This document shows positions 61,880-64,000 of a DNA stretch of 64,000 bases, in pieces. Source of the DNA: a virus. Its lineage: Duplodnaviria > Caudoviricetes. The DNA lies in the IMG/VR virus record IMGVR_UViG_3300014204_000112, positions 1 to 64,000 of that record; one strand, written 5' to 3'. The notes below the pieces were generated by a model, which saw nothing but the letters and a program-made list of their open reading frames with translations, was not told the DNA's origin and searched no databases. Made by a program: the position numbers and the translations under genes. Numbering within the stretch: position 1 is the stretch's first letter; every line of letters begins with the position of its first letter.

Positions 61880-62997
61880 TGAAACTTGACAACATACGTA
61901 ACATATATCTCATCGGAGACACTCACCTTGGAGTAAGGAATAATTCAATTGAATGGTCAGCCATTCAGAAGGATTTCTTGCTGAACCATTTCATTCACAA
62001 GATCGATAAGGATTTTGATGAGGACAGAGATATTCTCGTTTTCGAGGGAGACATTTTCCATTATCGCGAAGCAATCAATGTTAGAATACACAATGAGGCG
62101 CTTGATATATTTACTGTATTGGGTAAAAAATTCAAACGTGGAGTATTCATCATCATAGGCAATCACGATACGTATTACAAGGATAATAGCGTGGTGCACT
62201 CTCTGAGGGCAATCGGTAATTTGGCCGACAACATTCACGTGTTCGAAAATCCGGACATCCTTACCATCAATGGAAAGCACTCGTTTCTCATGCTTCCTTG
62301 GCTCGAAGATTTAGCAAAACTGAACAGCGTAATAGCTGACCATCAGTCATTCTGTTCCTACATCATTTGTCATGCTGACATAAAGGGTTTCAAGCTAAAC
62401 AAGTGGGTGAAATTAGAAAAGGGATTGGAATCGGAGTCAATGAAATCGTACAAGCGAGTTTACAGTGGTCACATACACATTCGTCAGGAAAATGGAAACG
62501 TTCTGTACACCGGAACTCCATACCAAATGGATCGTGGAGACATTGGAAATACCAAGGGCTTTTACACGCTAAACGTTGAAGGAGATGAGATAGTCGAAAC
62601 GTTTACCAGGAATACGAAATCTCCCATTTTCTTGAAGATAGATCTTAGCGATCTCTTAGAACTGTCAAAACCTGAGATAATTGATCTCTTTGATAATAAT
62701 TTCGTGGACGTGATGGCCCGTATAGATTTCGTTAACAAATTTTCTGTGCCTCTGTTCATTGAAGAAATTGCAGGCTCAAAGCACAGAACCATTCAGTTCT
62801 TTACCTATTCGGAAAAAGAAAAGCTCAATGCACAAGCAGCCGATCCAGAGTTCAACATCGAGGACGGCTTCAACATCACAGATATTTTCAAGAGGTACTT
62901 GAAGACCAAAGATTACTCGAAGGAATTCAAGAGACAACTTGCCACCAAATTCGTTGAAATTCACGAAAACGTAAAACAAGAAAAGTCCTATGCTTAA
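61879..62997 (+). CDS. Recombination nuclease subunit gp47 (Mre11/SbcD-like)
   Basis: GDTHLG, GDIFH, GNHD, SGHIH and YTGTPYQ. Confidence 0.93.
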   Translation: MKLDNIRNIYLIGDTHLGVRNNSIEWSAIQKDFLLNHFIHKIDKDFDEDRDILVFEGDIFHYREAINVRIHNEALDIFTVLGKKFKRGVFIIIGNHDTYYKDNSVVHSLRAIGNLADNIHVFENPDILTINGKHSFLMLPWLEDLAKLNSVIADHQSFCSYIICHADIKGFKLNKWVKLEKGLESESMKSYKRVYSGHIHIRQENGNVLYTGTPYQMDRGDIGNTKGFYTLNVEGDEIVETFTRNTKSPIFLKIDLSDLLELSKPEIIDLFDNNFVDVMARIDFVNKFSVPLFIEEIAGSKHRTIQFFTYSEKEKLNAQAADPEFNIEDGFNITDIFKRYLKTKDYSKEFKRQLATKFVEIHENVKQEKSYA

Positions 62998-63481
62998 TCC
63001 ATTTGTCAGCGAGTACGTCGAAGTAATCAATTCCGGCAATGGAAAATTCATTGTCATTGCTAGAACAGACATCCCAATAAACACTGTCGTAGAGATATGT
63101 CCAGTGTCAATCATTACGATGAAGGATGCAATCCTTCTTGGTAAGGCAATGCCTTCAATTAAAGCTAAGATTTTTTCGGACGAATCTGTGATGGACAAAG
63201 AATACCAGATATTCGCCCAGCTTGGTGAATTGGAATTGGAAAAACGATTGGATGAGGGCAAAATATCAAGAGAAGAGTACGTAAGGATATTACGGTCAAA
63301 GGTAAATCCTTCCGCCCTATTGGAATTAAAATCGCACATCTTTATGCTCGGCAATGGATTACTATATCAGGTGAGCGAAACGCCTAACCTGGTGTGTGCC
63401 TATCACTCAGATCAAAAGGTATGCGTTTTCAAATCTGTTCGGTACATCGCAAATGGAACCGAACTCACTTACTACAAATAA
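62990..63481 (+). CDS. SET-domain-like protein
   Basis: VIARTDIP..TVVEICPV and LGNGLLYQVSETPNL..VRYIANGTELTYY resemble the SET NHS..PN and DI..GEELT.DY motifs. Confidence 0.65.
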   Translation: MLNPFVSEYVEVINSGNGKFIVIARTDIPINTVVEICPVSIITMKDAILLGKAMPSIKAKIFSDESVMDKEYQIFAQLGELELEKRLDEGKISREEYVRILRSKVNPSALLELKSHIFMLGNGLLYQVSETPNLVCAYHSDQKVCVFKSVRYIANGTELTYYK

Positions 63482-63488
63482 TCATCGA

Positions 63489-64000
63489 ATGAAGATACTC
63501 AATTTCTCATTTAGGAACCTGTGCTCGTACGGAAATAAATTGCAGAGCTTTACCTTCTCGGAGGATCCTCAGCTTATTTTAGTTGAAGGAAAGAACGGTG
63601 GAGGAAAGTCAACGATTTCCGATGCAATAACCTTTGCCATTTACAGTAAGTCATCGATCCGTAAGACAACTGCTCTGCCGAATCGACTCAATAAGAACGG
63701 GTACACCTACATCGATTTTATCACTGGAGCCGGAGACACTATTTCGATAGAACGTGGTCTCCAGCCAAATTTTTTAAGGTTAGCAATTAACGGAGTCGAT
63801 CACAACCTTCCTGACAAACGAAGGATTGACGAATTCATTGAGGATGAGCTAGTAAAGATCCCGTTCAATATTTTTTCGAACACGATAAGCTTGTCGATAA
63901 ACGAGTTCAAGAGTTTCGTAAAGTTAAGTCCAAATGACAAGAGGCAGATCATTGATAAGATATTCGGAATTGAGATCGTCAATGATATGTCGAAGAAGAA
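63489..64000 (+). CDS. Recombination ATPase gp46 (Rad50/SbcC-like), partial
   Basis: MKILNFSFRNLCSYGN..EGKNGGGKSTISDAI; runs off the window end. Confidence 0.92.
   Translation, partial: MKILNFSFRNLCSYGNKLQSFTFSEDPQLILVEGKNGGGKSTISDAITFAIYSKSSIRKTTALPNRLNKNGYTYIDFITGAGDTISIERGLQPNFLRLAINGVDHNLPDKRRIDEFIEDELVKIPFNIFSNTISLSINEFKSFVKLSPNDKRQIIDKIFGIEIVNDMSKK

Overview
This is a gene-dense fragment of a large T4-like (jumbo) myovirus genome read in the standard code. The host is probably Bacteroidota: translation starts are A-rich and lack Shine-Dalgarno sites, and the window has an Hc1-like protein and an S1 protein. The left 37 kb (minus strand) is a late virion module. It holds a >3150-aa Gly-X-Ser repeat protein that the ORF track misses, an adjacent HPAT/SERGT1-like O-glycosyltransferase, Thr-rich fibre proteins, an amidoligase, a gp14-like neck protein, baseplate-like proteins, a GIY-YIG homing endonuclease, a gp55-like late sigma factor and a RuvC-like resolvase. 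The right 27 kb (mostly plus strand) holds replication, recombination and host-takeover genes: GroEL/GroES, S1, Hc1-like protein, gp32 SSB, RNase H, 5'-nucleotidase, dUTPase, half of a split PolB, UvsX, gp41 helicase, gp47/gp46 and a SET-like protein, plus the tail sheath on the minus strand. Top observations: (1) a standalone non-coding copy of the 23S rRNA GTPase-associated centre (H42-H44, the L10/L11 site) with compensatory base changes at 51.3 kb; (2) a putative phage protein O-glycosylation system (glycosyltransferase plus giant Ser/Thr-rich substrates); (3) two recurring promoter classes (ATAAATA late; AAAC-N16-RTAYAA early/middle), which also point to a candidate small RNA and a candidate origin. 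All calls rest on visual motif recognition; no searches were run.
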